Shown here: positions 52,819 to 63,028 of the stretch, in pieces
Layout: each line of letters starts with the position of its first letter
Position numbering within the stretch: the first letter of the stretch is position 1
Assembly: GCA_964384425.1 (NCBI GenBank)
Contig: CAYLKE010000006.1
Location: forward strand, 15,174 to 79,173
Length of the DNA: 64,000 nucleotides
Reading direction: 5' to 3'
Source: an uncultured Methanosarcinales archaeon
GTDB lineage: Archaea > Nanobdellota > Nanobdellia > Woesearchaeales > JAGLXL01
Translations under genes and position numbers: made by a program
Notes under the pieces: generated by a model
What the model saw: the letters and a program-made list of their open reading frames with translations, nothing else
The model's database searches: none
What the model was told of the DNA's origin: nothing

Positions 52819-53574
52819 TTATCCTATGTAATTAATATCTTTATGGTTTGATTTTGTTTTTTGATTAACAAATGTTATTCCTTCAATAACCTTTTCAAGT
52901 TCTTTCATATCTTTTTTTATCTCTTTAAAATTAAGCTCAAATGAATATTTTTTATCTAATAATTTTAATATTTTAACAGCTTCTTTTGATGCAAAATGAA
53001 ATAATTGAGTTTTTGTTTCAGCTAATAATATTATTGCATTCACATTAAACATTTCAGCTATTCCTGGAAGTACTCCACTCACACCATACACTGGTCCGAC
53101 AATTTTATATACATTTTTTTTCAATCTTGTTTTTTCTGAAAATTTTTTAATTGCTTTTTTATTGTTACCTGTGATGTATACTTCTTGTGATGGTTTCTTC
53201 AATCCAATACCACCTAAAGTTATTATTAATTTTAAACCTATTTTTTTTAGTTCAGTTGTAATCTTTTCACAAAAAGCATATGAACTTTCATCAGAAGGTT
53301 GAATATCTCCTGTTAATAAAAGAAAATTTCTTTTTTTCTTTTTTACATGATAAAGATCAATTGAAGGAAGTGCAACTGTATTATCATTATGCACTATAAC
53401 TGAATTGGGATAATGATGGGAATAAAATGAAGCTATTTTTTTTGCATTAAGCTCATTTATCATGGTATCAACAACAATTTTACCCACATTTCCTATTCCT
53501 GGAAGACCTGTTATCAAAACAGGATTGTCTATATTTCTCTTTTTTTTATTTCCTTTCCAAATTATTTTCCACAT
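52819..53574 (-). CDS. PAC2-family proteasome-assembly-chaperone-like protein (COG1938)
   Basis: ..PVLITGLPGIGNVGKIVVD.. N-terminal signature. About 250 aa. Confidence 0.65.
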   Translation of the reverse strand: MWKIIWKGNKKKRNIDNPVLITGLPGIGNVGKIVVDTMINELNAKKIASFYSHHYPNSVIVHNDNTVALPSIDLYHVKKKKRNFLLLTGDIQPSDESSYAFCEKITTELKKIGLKLIITLGGIGLKKPSQEVYITGNNKKAIKKFSEKTRLKKNVYKIVGPVYGVSGVLPGIAEMFNVNAIILLAETKTQLFHFASKEAVKILKLLDKKYSFELNFKEIKKDMKELEKVIEGITFVNQKTKSNHKDINYIG

Positions 53575-53701
53575 TTTTAAATAAATTAATGTATCTTTCT
53601 TTATATATCTTTTTATTTAATATATTAAATTATAATATTGTTTTATTATTATCTTTTAGTTTAACATAATGTTTAAATACGTGTTCAATAATATATTTAT
53701 T

Positions 53702-54871
53702 ATGGCAAAAACAATAAAAAAACTAATTCAAAAAAATTTCATCTTAATGGATCCAGAAACACCAGTTCAAAAATTAAGAACTAAACTAGATAGTTATATT
53801 TTGATAAACAAAGGAAAAGTGGTTACTGTTCTTGATTATTTTTCATTATTGAGCAGTAAGACAGTTGATGATAAAATGCAAATAGATGATTTTTCAACAC
53901 CTGTTCCTGTATTAGATGAGAATACAGAACCAATGGATGCTCTTTCATTTTTAATAGATTCTGGATTAAATTATGTTCCTGTAGCAAAAGGAAAAAAAAT
54001 AATTGGTGTTGTTGATCTTTTGACTTTATTTAAAGATTCATGGAAAAAATTAAACACTAAAAGTAAATTAAATATGAAAAAATTAATGTTAAAGAATGTT
54101 TATGTAAAAAATAGTGATAAATTATCTAAAGTAATTAACATTATGAGAAAAAATAAAGTTTACATAGTGCCTGTTTTAGAAGATGATAAATTTTTAGGTG
54201 TTTGTAAATTACATGAAGTATTAAAAGCAATGTTAATATCAAAAGTTTCTAAAAAAGAAAAAGGTTCAAAAACAAGAGGTTCTACAAAAAGAGCAACCAA
54301 TACAAGTGAGAGAACAAGAGGAATTTCAAATTTGCCTGTATCTAATTTTATTACTGAAGGACAATTTATAACAAATTACGATACAACTTCTGTTGTAAAG
54401 AATTTTATAAATTCAAAACTTTCTAATTTTGAAAGTAAATATGCAATAATTAAAGGAAAAACAACTTCAGTAATTCCTTTAAGACATTTTGTTTCAATGT
54501 TATTGTATTCATCAAAGAAAAATGATTGGAATTTAAGTGTTTATGGTCTTAATAGATATAAACTTAATGAATTCGAAAAACTTAATATCAAAAAGAAAAT
54601 AGAATTTTTTTGTAGTTCTATTTCAAGAGAAATAAATAAAGAGTTTACACTAAAGATATCTTTTAAACAATATGCTAAATCTGGAAAAAAACATAAATGG
54701 ACTATAACTGCTTTATTGCTTTATCCTGGTGCAAAGTTTGAAGCAAAAGAAGATGGTTGGAAGATGGATATCATTCTTGTAAAAGTCCTTAATGAACTTA
54801 AAGAACAGATAAAAACACATCATAGTAAAAAGAAAACATTATATAAAAAAAGAAGAACAAGAAAAAAATGA
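53702..54871 (+). CDS. CBS-domain protein with a C-terminal HPF/RaiA (ribosome hibernation factor)-like domain
   Basis: CBS-like units (..LNYVPVAKGKKIIGVVDLLTLF.., ..KVYIVPVLEDDKFLGVCKLHEVLKAM..). The C-terminal ~110 aa (from nt 54527) follow the HPF pattern: NLSVYGLN-YKL..KKKIE......FTLKISFKQ....KHKWTITALLLYPGAKFEAKEDGW.....LVKVLNELKEQIKTHHSKKK. Confidence 0.5.
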   Translation: MAKTIKKLIQKNFILMDPETPVQKLRTKLDSYILINKGKVVTVLDYFSLLSSKTVDDKMQIDDFSTPVPVLDENTEPMDALSFLIDSGLNYVPVAKGKKIIGVVDLLTLFKDSWKKLNTKSKLNMKKLMLKNVYVKNSDKLSKVINIMRKNKVYIVPVLEDDKFLGVCKLHEVLKAMLISKVSKKEKGSKTRGSTKRATNTSERTRGISNLPVSNFITEGQFITNYDTTSVVKNFINSKLSNFESKYAIIKGKTTSVIPLRHFVSMLLYSSKKNDWNLSVYGLNRYKLNEFEKLNIKKKIEFFCSSISREINKEFTLKISFKQYAKSGKKHKWTITALLLYPGAKFEAKEDGWKMDIILVKVLNELKEQIKTHHSKKKTLYKKRRTRKK

Positions 54872-55741
54872 TTATTTTATTTTTTTAATCATATTTTTAA
54901 AAAATTTCTCTGTACCATCACTGTTTTTTAATAAAGATTCTGGCCTTTTAAGGATTCTTATGTTTTGATCTCCTAAATAAATAGAATCTTGTATTATTTT
55001 TAAATACTTATTTTTTCTTAATCTTTCATTCAAGTTCATGCTTAATTTCTTGTTCTCAATTTTTAAATTATTGAATTCTTCAACTATTTTCGGAGATATA
55101 GATTTCATCTCCTTAAATAATTGATAAAGGTCTTTCACATCTCTTTTTATTTTTTCATTATTTATCCACTCTTCATCCACACCTTCAATAACATACCCTT
55201 CTATAAGTTCAGTAGGCACATTACCTTTTAACCAGTAAGCAGGATTTAATTTTTCCCAGAAACTTAATTTTCTTTTAACTTTTTGAGTATTTTGTCTTAT
55301 TTTAACATATTTTTTAGCTATATAATCTATCATTTCAAGAAACCTTTCAGTATATGTTAAAAAGATTTCATTAAAATCATAATTTAATTCCTCAACTTTT
55401 GCAATCTGATCAAAATATTTTACAGATTCATTATAAATTCCTTTAATATTTTTATCTTCATTTTTATCTTCATAATTTTTAAGAAAAGATAAAAGTTTGT
55501 AGAATCTCTTTACAATCATATAATCTCTTTCATAAACATATTGTTCATCTTCATAATTGTATTTTGTAAAAATTGAAGGATAAGAATATTTTATTTCTAA
55601 AGGTTTATTAAAATAAAATTTTTCTGTATTAAATATTGTTTTTGGTGCTAATTCAGGGATTAAATCAATAACTGGTTTTCTCAATTCTTTTTCAAATTCT
55701 TCCTCACTATTTACCATAAAAAAATTATTTCTTTCTTTCAT
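54872..55741 (-). CDS. hypothetical protein
   Basis: 289-aa K/E/Y-rich ORF. No family recognised. Confidence 0.5.
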   Translation of the reverse strand: MKERNNFFMVNSEEEFEKELRKPVIDLIPELAPKTIFNTEKFYFNKPLEIKYSYPSIFTKYNYEDEQYVYERDYMIVKRFYKLLSFLKNYEDKNEDKNIKGIYNESVKYFDQIAKVEELNYDFNEIFLTYTERFLEMIDYIAKKYVKIRQNTQKVKRKLSFWEKLNPAYWLKGNVPTELIEGYVIEGVDEEWINNEKIKRDVKDLYQLFKEMKSISPKIVEEFNNLKIENKKLSMNLNERLRKNKYLKIIQDSIYLGDQNIRILKRPESLLKNSDGTEKFFKNMIKKIK

Positions 55742-55980
55742 CTTTCATTATTTTTTAATTTACTTTCTTTTTATAGTTTTCTTTATTATATTATATCTTT
55801 TAGCTTATGCCTATACTAACTATCTTTTCTAATTTCTTTTTTATGTGTATCTTACTTATTTTATATAATTTATTTGCTTACATGTGCATGTAATTACAAT
55901 ATAATTGATGTTTAGTGCAATTTTCTTTTTTTAAGAAAAGATTTATAAAGTGTAATTCATCCTGAAACTCAGGTGAAAAA

Positions 55981-56295
55981 ATGTTTTGTCCAAAATGTAA
56001 ATCTTTACTTATACCTTCAAGGGAAAAAGGAAAGAAAATATTGAAATGCTCATGTGGATACAAAAAAGATTTTGAAGGTGAGACACTTCAATTCAAAGAG
56101 AAAGTAGATAATAAAAAAATTGAAATAATTGATGAAGATAGTGACACACCCATGGCTAAAGTAAAAGCAATATGTGATAAATGTGGTAATAAAGAAGCTT
56201 ATTTTTGGACAATACAAACTCGTGCAAGTGATGAACCTGAAACTAGATTTTATAAGTGCACAAAATGCAAACATACTTGGAGAGAGACTTCTTAA
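55981..56295 (+). CDS. tfs: transcription factor S (TFS; RNA polymerase subunit M-like)
   Basis: N-terminal ribbon CPKC..CSCG and C-terminal TFIIS-type ribbon CDKCG..YFWTIQTRASDEPETRFYKCTKCKHTW. Confidence 0.92.
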   Translation: MFCPKCKSLLIPSREKGKKILKCSCGYKKDFEGETLQFKEKVDNKKIEIIDEDSDTPMAKVKAICDKCGNKEAYFWTIQTRASDEPETRFYKCTKCKHTWRETS

Positions 56296-56523
56296 ATGAA
56301 TATTTTTGACGATAAAAAATTTTTGGAAATAAAAGTTAACCCTAATAAAAGTAAAACAAAAATAATTTCTTCTGAACCTTTTGTTATGGATGTGAATGCT
56401 GTACCTGAAAATAATAAAGCAAATATAGAGATAATTAAATTCTTTAAAAAGAAATTTAAATTAAATATTAAGATAAAAAAAGGTATATCTTCAAGAAAAA
56501 AACTTGTTGAAATAATAAGATAA
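56296..56523 (+). CDS. DUF167 (YggU-like) family protein
   Basis: ..LEIKVNPNKSKTKII.., ..VNAVPENNKANIEIIKFFKKKF.., ..IKKGISSRKKLVEI.. The start abuts the tfs stop. Confidence 0.6.
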   Translation: MNIFDDKKFLEIKVNPNKSKTKIISSEPFVMDVNAVPENNKANIEIIKFFKKKFKLNIKIKKGISSRKKLVEIIR

Positions 56524-56681
56524 TTAATCTTTTTTTTGATATCTTATTTGTATTTAATTTATATATTTATATCTATATTTAATATTAAATATGTTTAAGC
56601 TATTTATGCATTTAAAATTTATTAGATATATTTATGTTTTTATAACTAAATTCTATTGATTATTTATTATTTTAATTTATT

Positions 56682-57620
56682 CTATTTATAATATTTTAAT
56701 AAAACAATTCTACTTGGTTTCATTTCATTTTCCATCTTTATCTTAGGATGCTCTTCTAATTTTTTTGAAAATTCAACTATGTCTTTATGATAAGGCATAT
56801 TTTCTTTTTTTAATCTCTCTCTACTGAATCCAACAAACATATATGCCTTTGCTTCTATAAATTCTGGTTCAGCAGTTTCTATTAGTTCCCAGTATCCTTT
56901 TACGTCTTCATCAGACATATTAATGCTTTTAATCAATGTCATTCTAAGAACTGTATGAATTTTTCCTCTTAAAGAAGCCATTATTTTCAATGATTTTTGA
57001 TATTTTTCCCAATAATCTTTTTCAAGTGATCTTGATATTTTCTTGAATTTAGTTTTATTTGGTGCTGATACACTAATATATAATTGTGTTGGGAGAGAAT
57101 TTTTTTCAACAAGTTTTTGCAACATATCTGGCACTAAACCATTAGTAACAAGATAAACAGTTCTTGCTTTGTATTTTTTCTTTAAAAGATTTATCAAATC
57201 AGGAAGTTTTTCATATAAACAAGGTTCTCCAGAAAGAGATATTGCCCAATGGTTTGGTATAAGTGCATCTTTAAGTAATTCTTTATCAACATTTTTATTT
57301 CCTTTAAAGCCCATTAATAATTTCTTTCTTTCTTCAAGTATATCTGAAACTATTTTTTGAGGATCATCATCTAATTTATCATTTAATTTCATATATTCTG
57401 TAGGTCTCCAACAAAACACACACCTATTATTACACCATAGAACTGTAGGTGTTATTTCTGCACATTTATGTGAATCAACACCATAAAATTTTTCTTTATA
57501 ACAATGGCCTTTTCCTCGTAATTTTTCTTTTGTCCAATGACATATTTTTACAGCAGAATGTCTACCAGCTAATCCATATTGCTGTCTTTTTAGAACTTTT
57601 TTTGTATTTTCATTAAGCAT
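56682..57620 (-). CDS. taw1: tRNA 4-demethylwyosine synthase (Taw1/TYW1, radical SAM)
   Basis: ..HSAVKICHWTKEKLRGKGHCYKEKFYGVDSHKCAEITP..WCNNRCVFCWRP.. with both cluster regions in TYW1 order. Confidence 0.85.
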   Translation of the reverse strand: MLNENTKKVLKRQQYGLAGRHSAVKICHWTKEKLRGKGHCYKEKFYGVDSHKCAEITPTVLWCNNRCVFCWRPTEYMKLNDKLDDDPQKIVSDILEERKKLLMGFKGNKNVDKELLKDALIPNHWAISLSGEPCLYEKLPDLINLLKKKYKARTVYLVTNGLVPDMLQKLVEKNSLPTQLYISVSAPNKTKFKKISRSLEKDYWEKYQKSLKIMASLRGKIHTVLRMTLIKSINMSDEDVKGYWELIETAEPEFIEAKAYMFVGFSRERLKKENMPYHKDIVEFSKKLEEHPKIKMENEMKPSRIVLLKYYK

Positions 57621-57743
57621 ATATAAAAAATAAAAATAATTGTTTAATAATCTTTCTATAATTATTATACATTTTTATTTATATGCTACTGTATCATTAT
57701 TAAAATCTTTATCAAAACATTATTTTTGTTTATTTCTATTAAT

Positions 57744-58487
57744 TTATTCATCATTCATAACACTTTGCACTAGTGCCCAATAATCTTGAGCACCTATTGC
57801 TTTTGAAGCATGAGCATATATTGATTTTTTATATTTTGGAAGTTCTCTTAATTTTGCATTCATTCTTATAGGTCTTGATGTTAAAGTGTCATAACAATCA
57901 GATATTTGTTTAAAAGATTCTTTGCAAATTTTACTTCTCTTATCAAATAAAGTAGGTACTATTTTACTTATTTTTAAATTATTGTTGTATGTTTTATTGA
58001 TAGTTTCAATAATTCCAAACATTTTTTCAAGTGCATCTATTCCAAGAACATCTGTAGCTACTGGAACAATTGCTTCATCACAATAAACCATTGCGTTTTG
58101 GTTAAGAATCCCTAATGATGGTGGACAATCTATAATAACATAATCATAATTACTTATTGTGTCTAATAATGATTTTAAAAGCATCTTATTGTTTTGTGTT
58201 GCCATATGAAATTCTGCTTTTGTAAGTGTTTCCTTGCTTTTTATAACATCTAGATTTTTACCAAAAGGCACTTTACAATTTTGTAGTGTTACATTACCTG
58301 TAAGTGCATCATAAATATCATATTCTGATTTTATTTTTAAAGATGTATCTATATTTCCTTGTGGATCAAGATCAACTAATAGAACTCTTCTGTTTTCTCT
58401 TGCAAGTCCTGCAGCTAGATTTATTGAAGTAGTAGTCTTTCCAACACCACCTTTTTGATTAATTACGCATATCTTCCTCATTTTCAT
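57744..58487 (-). CDS. ParA/Soj/MinD-superfamily ATPase
   Basis: Deviant Walker A NQKGGVGKTTT, ..LLVDLDPQGN.., ..YVIIDCPPS.. Confidence 0.88.
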   Translation of the reverse strand: MKMRKICVINQKGGVGKTTTSINLAAGLARENRRVLLVDLDPQGNIDTSLKIKSEYDIYDALTGNVTLQNCKVPFGKNLDVIKSKETLTKAEFHMATQNNKMLLKSLLDTISNYDYVIIDCPPSLGILNQNAMVYCDEAIVPVATDVLGIDALEKMFGIIETINKTYNNNLKISKIVPTLFDKRSKICKESFKQISDCYDTLTSRPIRMNAKLRELPKYKKSIYAHASKAIGAQDYWALVQSVMNDE

Positions 58488-58563
58488 TTTTCAACTCCTA
58501 AGTATCTTTTTTATTAGAAAAATTATCTGGCAGTATTTTTTAAATATTTATGTGGTATAGTAG

Positions 58564-59049
58564 TTAATCCTTATTGATTTTTGTCTTTATTTTCCTTATA
58601 ATCTTATTTATGTTGTAATTTTTGGTTGTATCTATTTTAAGTCTTCTAAAACCTTTTTTTCTGCATTTTATTAAAATATCTTCAAATGTTTCTGATTCAA
58701 GATTGTCTTTTATTTTTTGCTTAGAATATTTTCTTTTCACAAGTCTTTTCTTAAGCTCTTTTAATTCTGTAACAGTAATAATGCATAAATCAACATCTCT
58801 TTTTTTTAGATTATATGAAAGAAAACCATCAATTATCCAATTTCCTTTGTGTGTATAAGATGTTATTTTTTCTGCAACTTTTTTTGGATTAACAATATAT
58901 TCTTTGTTTTTTTTATCATGTTTTTCATATAATTTATTGGATTTTACAAAAGAAGTCCAATTTAAGTATTGTAATTTCATTATTTTTGCAATTTTCTTTG
59001 CAAGTGTTGTTTTTCCTGTTCCAGGAGTTCCAGTTATTAGAATTCGCAT
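58564..59049 (-). CDS. adenylate kinase isoenzyme 6 / Fap7-like NTPase (small-subunit rRNA maturation)
   Basis: P-loop ILITGTPGTGKTT. ..WIIDGFLSY..DLCIITVTELKELKKRLVKRKYSKQKIKDNLESETFEDIL.. follows the Fap7/AK6 pattern. Confidence 0.7.
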   Translation of the reverse strand: MRILITGTPGTGKTTLAKKIAKIMKLQYLNWTSFVKSNKLYEKHDKKNKEYIVNPKKVAEKITSYTHKGNWIIDGFLSYNLKKRDVDLCIITVTELKELKKRLVKRKYSKQKIKDNLESETFEDILIKCRKKGFRRLKIDTTKNYNINKIIRKIKTKINKD

Positions 59050-59055
59050 TTTATC

Positions 59056-61578
59056 TTAAAGATTTTTTAGTTTATCTTCTATTTTACTAAGTTCATCTTC
59101 CCAACTATCTTTTTTGATATTTTTGATAGGTTCTTTCTTGTTAGGTTTAGGTTTTGTTTTTGGAAGATGTTTCATTTTTACAATTTCAATTTTTGCAGGT
59201 TTTCTTTTGTGTTTTGTTTCTCTCTCTTTTCTCTTGTTTTTTTCTGTTTTCTTTTTAATTTCTTTCTTGCTTAATTTCTCCTTTTTCCTTTTTTCTCTCT
59301 TTTCTTTTCTCCTTTTTTCTTTTTCTAATTCTTCTTCTTTTCTTCTCTCTTTTTCCTTTTCTTTCTTTTCTCTTTTCTCTTGCTTTTTCTTTTCCTTCAT
59401 CTCTTTTCTTTTTCTCTTTTCTCTCTCTTTCTCTCTCTTTCTATTCTGTTCATCTTTTCTTTTCTCCCTTTCCTCTTTTCTCCTTTTTTCTCTTTCTGCT
59501 TCTTCTTTTTTTCTTTTTTCTGTCTCTTCTTTCTGTCTCTTTCTTTCTTCTCTCTTAATTTTTCTTTTCTTTTCTTTTCCTATTTTCTCGTCTTTCTGTT
59601 TCATTATTTTTATAAGTTCTCTTTCTTTTTCTTTCAATACTCTTTCTTCTTCTCTTATTCTTTCTTTTAACATTTCTTTGTTTTCTTTTTGTTTCAATGT
59701 TTCTTTGTATTTCTTTTGTCTTTTTTCTGTCTTTTTATGTTTTTGTTTTCTTTTTAATCTTCTTTTGAAATGATTTAAAAATCCAATAATTAATCTTATA
59801 GGATAACTAATGATTCTGATAATTTTTGATTCAACTTTATTTTTCTTTTTTTTATGTAGTGCATATTGATACATAAGTTTGTTTATTTTAGGTGATATTA
59901 TTATAGATTCTTGTAGCCACATAATAAGGAAAAGTATTATTGCCATTATTCCTATTATTGAAAATTCTTTCCAGAATTCCATAAGATATGTGTTGTAATG
60001 AATAACTTCTCTAATCATATTTTCTAATATTATAAATGGATTATATTGGATTATGTCTTTTAATGTCTTAGGTACACTTTCAATAGGTATAATTATTCCT
60101 GAGGTAAGTAATAAAATACTTCCAAAAGAAATAGAACCTAAAACTCCTGTTGCTTCAGATTTAAACATATACCCTATTATCATACCTAATAGTGTAAAAA
60201 ATGCAACCCCTATTGAAAGAATTATTAATATTGGTGAAATAACTATGAATATTTTTGTTGAAAAGAAATATGCTGATAACAATAGTATTACTAGCATTTG
60301 AATTGAAACTATTAAAACAACTGTAAGAAATATGGATAATAATGTTGAAAATTTCTTTACAGGTGATATAGATAATCTAAAAAATGCAGGACCATGTTTT
60401 TCACTCATAACCATTGTTGTTCCTAATAACAAAGAGATAAACATTGCAACAAGCACTAACATTGAAGGAAATAAATAATTTAAATATGTTTTTTTAGAAG
60501 AGATATGTTTTATATCAACCTTTACTGGATTACTTATTGCAGCAGCATCTGTTATTTGAATAGATGATATTTCATCAATTATGCTTGATATAGATTGATT
60601 TATTGTTTTTAGTTTATCTAAGTTCTTATCAAGCTCTTCCTTATTATACGATGCTTTTTCTTTTGACTGTATAAATTTATTATTTGTACTTTCTACTTGT
60701 TCTATCAATGAATTCATTTCATTGTATATTTGATTAATCATAGAACCTAATTTAACCATACTATAATTTGAATTTGTACTTATTAATGATCTTTTAGCGT
60801 CATCTAAACTATCTAATCCTGATTCTATTAAATTATTTGTTTCATTTCTTTCTTCAAATGAAAGTCCCATTACAGCAAGTGCAGATTTTAAAGAGTTCAG
60901 ATTATTTCTTGCTGTATCTATATTTGATGAAAGATCATCTCTAACTTTTGTGATTGTATTTTTAGTTTCTCCAAGAGGTATATCTGCATAAGATATTTTA
61001 GAACTTTGAAGAATATTGATTATTTCTTGTTCTTGATTTTTTATCTGTGTATTTTTTTCAGTTATATCTTTAACATCTATAACTCTTTTTTTTAATTCTT
61101 CTTTTGAATTTGAAAGTTTTGTTAACAATACACTTGCAAGTTCTTCTCCTATTTTTGAAGATCTTGATGCAAAAACATCAGAAACACTTTCCATGATCAT
61201 CCAAACTAAATTTACCTTACTATAATCTACATAAAAAGTGACATCTTTTTGATAATTTAAATCAAAATCAAAATCTGGGGGAAAATCTATACAGGCATGA
61301 ACAATACCTTTTTTCATATCATTAATACAATAACTAGTATTATCATAATTTATTGCTCTAAAATCACGTTCGTTCATAGATGCAACAAAATCATCAACAT
61401 ACTCATTGTTTTCTGGAGTATACACTCCTACTTTTATGCCTATTGAATTAGAATGATCAAATGCCATGCCAACTAATAAAACAATAAGGAGTGGTGCTAG
61501 AATAAGAACTAATGCTGATATTTTCGATCTAAAAAACATCTTCAGGTTTTTTATTATTAATTTTAATATATTATTCAT
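59056..61578 (-). CDS. ABC-2-type transporter permease with a large extracytoplasmic helical domain and a ~260-aa K/E/R tail
   Basis: N-terminal TM, ~330-aa extracellular coiled region (YhgE/Pip-like layout), 5 C-terminal TM helices, then ..KEKRRKEEREKRKDEQNRKREKEREKRKRKEMKEKKKQEKREKKEKEKERRKEE.. Confidence 0.7.
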   Translation of the reverse strand: MNNILKLIIKNLKMFFRSKISALVLILAPLLIVLLVGMAFDHSNSIGIKVGVYTPENNEYVDDFVASMNERDFRAINYDNTSYCINDMKKGIVHACIDFPPDFDFDLNYQKDVTFYVDYSKVNLVWMIMESVSDVFASRSSKIGEELASVLLTKLSNSKEELKKRVIDVKDITEKNTQIKNQEQEIINILQSSKISYADIPLGETKNTITKVRDDLSSNIDTARNNLNSLKSALAVMGLSFEERNETNNLIESGLDSLDDAKRSLISTNSNYSMVKLGSMINQIYNEMNSLIEQVESTNNKFIQSKEKASYNKEELDKNLDKLKTINQSISSIIDEISSIQITDAAAISNPVKVDIKHISSKKTYLNYLFPSMLVLVAMFISLLLGTTMVMSEKHGPAFFRLSISPVKKFSTLLSIFLTVVLIVSIQMLVILLLSAYFFSTKIFIVISPILIILSIGVAFFTLLGMIIGYMFKSEATGVLGSISFGSILLLTSGIIIPIESVPKTLKDIIQYNPFIILENMIREVIHYNTYLMEFWKEFSIIGIMAIILFLIMWLQESIIISPKINKLMYQYALHKKKKNKVESKIIRIISYPIRLIIGFLNHFKRRLKRKQKHKKTEKRQKKYKETLKQKENKEMLKERIREEERVLKEKERELIKIMKQKDEKIGKEKKRKIKREERKRQKEETEKRKKEEAEREKRRKEEREKRKDEQNRKREKEREKRKRKEMKEKKKQEKREKKEKEKERRKEEELEKEKRRKEKREKRKKEKLSKKEIKKKTEKNKRKERETKHKRKPAKIEIVKMKHLPKTKPKPNKKEPIKNIKKDSWEDELSKIEDKLKNL

Positions 61579-61584
61579 TTTATT

Positions 61585-62538
61585 TTAACCTTCTAATTCT
61601 TGAAATATCTCTCTTAATGATATTTTCTTTAATTCAATTGAACGTATTTTATCTTTTTTATCTTTTTTAAGTTTTGAAAGTTTGTTGAGTATTTTGTATG
61701 GTTTTGGAGTAAATATCTTTACTTCATCATCATATTCTATTTTTTTTATTATTTTTGACTTACCTATGTATTTCATAATTGCTTTAGGTGTTTCTGTTAC
61801 AATCCTTATTTCATTATTTCCTTTAGCATATAATTTTTTTATTTTAACTAAGGGACCAGATTTTGCAATATGTCCATTATGTAATATTGCTATGCTAGTA
61901 CAATATTCTTCAAGTTCTTCTAAAAGATGTGATGCTACAATCACTGTTGTTCCCATTCTATTTATTTCTTTTATTAATTCCCATGTCTCTTCTCTTAATA
62001 TTGGATCAAGATCTGCTGTAGGTTCGTCAAGTAAAAGTAAATAAGGTTTATGTATCATACCGCAGATTATATTTAGACGACGTTGCATACCTCCTGATAA
62101 CTCAGAAGCTAACTTATCTTTGAATCTTTCAAGTTTTGTTAGTTTTAGTAAATGATTTATGTTTCTTTTTAGTATTGTATTATCAATATCATAGAAACTT
62201 CCAAATAAGTATAAATTTTCTTTTACAGTTAATTTAGGATAAAAAGAAGGTGTTTGTGGTGCAAATCCAAATGTTTTTTTAACTTCATTTAAATTATCTA
62301 TTATATTATTATATTCTGGTTTTGATTCATCAAGCATATAAGGGGGACAATATTTAACATATCCTTGCTCAGGATATAGGTGTCCTATTATTGTGTTAAG
62401 TAAAGTAGTCTTACCACTACCACTCATCCCTATAACTCCAAAAATATCTCCTTTTTTAACATCAAAAGAGACATTTTTAAGGACAATATTCTCTCCATAG
62501 GATTTGGACAATTCCTTTATCTTTATGATATTTACCAT
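61585..62538 (-). CDS. ABC transporter ATP-binding protein
   Basis: Walker A GMSGSGKTT, signature LSGGMQRR, Walker B LLLLDEPTADLD, H-loop ASHLLEE. Confidence 0.92.
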   Translation of the reverse strand: MVNIIKIKELSKSYGENIVLKNVSFDVKKGDIFGVIGMSGSGKTTLLNTIIGHLYPEQGYVKYCPPYMLDESKPEYNNIIDNLNEVKKTFGFAPQTPSFYPKLTVKENLYLFGSFYDIDNTILKRNINHLLKLTKLERFKDKLASELSGGMQRRLNIICGMIHKPYLLLLDEPTADLDPILREETWELIKEINRMGTTVIVASHLLEELEEYCTSIAILHNGHIAKSGPLVKIKKLYAKGNNEIRIVTETPKAIMKYIGKSKIIKKIEYDDEVKIFTPKPYKILNKLSKLKKDKKDKIRSIELKKISLREIFQELEG

Positions 62539-62572
62539 CTTATAAAATTAAAAATATAAAAAAAATAAAAAA

Positions 62573-63028
62573 TTAATCTTTTGCTTCAGTATATATGTGT
62601 TTTAGTCCTATTATTATTGCTGCTGGTGCTATAAAAATAACTATATTGGACAAAATTGCTCTTAGATAAACACCTATATATGGAACCATTCCCAAGTTTA
62701 CTAATCCTGCAAGCATTAATGCTATGAATGCAATTAGGAAAGAATTAGTTTCTTTTTCTTTAATGTTTAAAAAACCAACTATTGTTCCAAGTATTACCAA
62801 AATTGTCACAGTATATACTGTAGGGACTAATCCTGTGAATAAACCCAACAATAATGCAACAATTGCACCCAAGAAAAATACTGATTTTCCAATCATTTTC
62901 ATTTCTGTTTCTTCTTTAATTACTTTTTTAGTTGCTGTTTTTCTTTTTTTTACTGATTTACTATATGCTTTTACAGGCTTTTTGGATTTTTTAGAACTTT
63001 TTCTAGCCTTTTTCTTTTTAGCCATCAT
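62573..63028 (-). CDS. hypothetical membrane protein with a lysine-rich N-terminus
   Basis: MMAKKKKARKSSKKSKKPVKAYSKSVKKRKTATKK followed by 3-4 TM helices. Confidence 0.55.
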   Translation of the reverse strand: MMAKKKKARKSSKKSKKPVKAYSKSVKKRKTATKKVIKEETEMKMIGKSVFFLGAIVALLLGLFTGLVPTVYTVTILVILGTIVGFLNIKEKETNSFLIAFIALMLAGLVNLGMVPYIGVYLRAILSNIVIFIAPAAIIIGLKHIYTEAKD

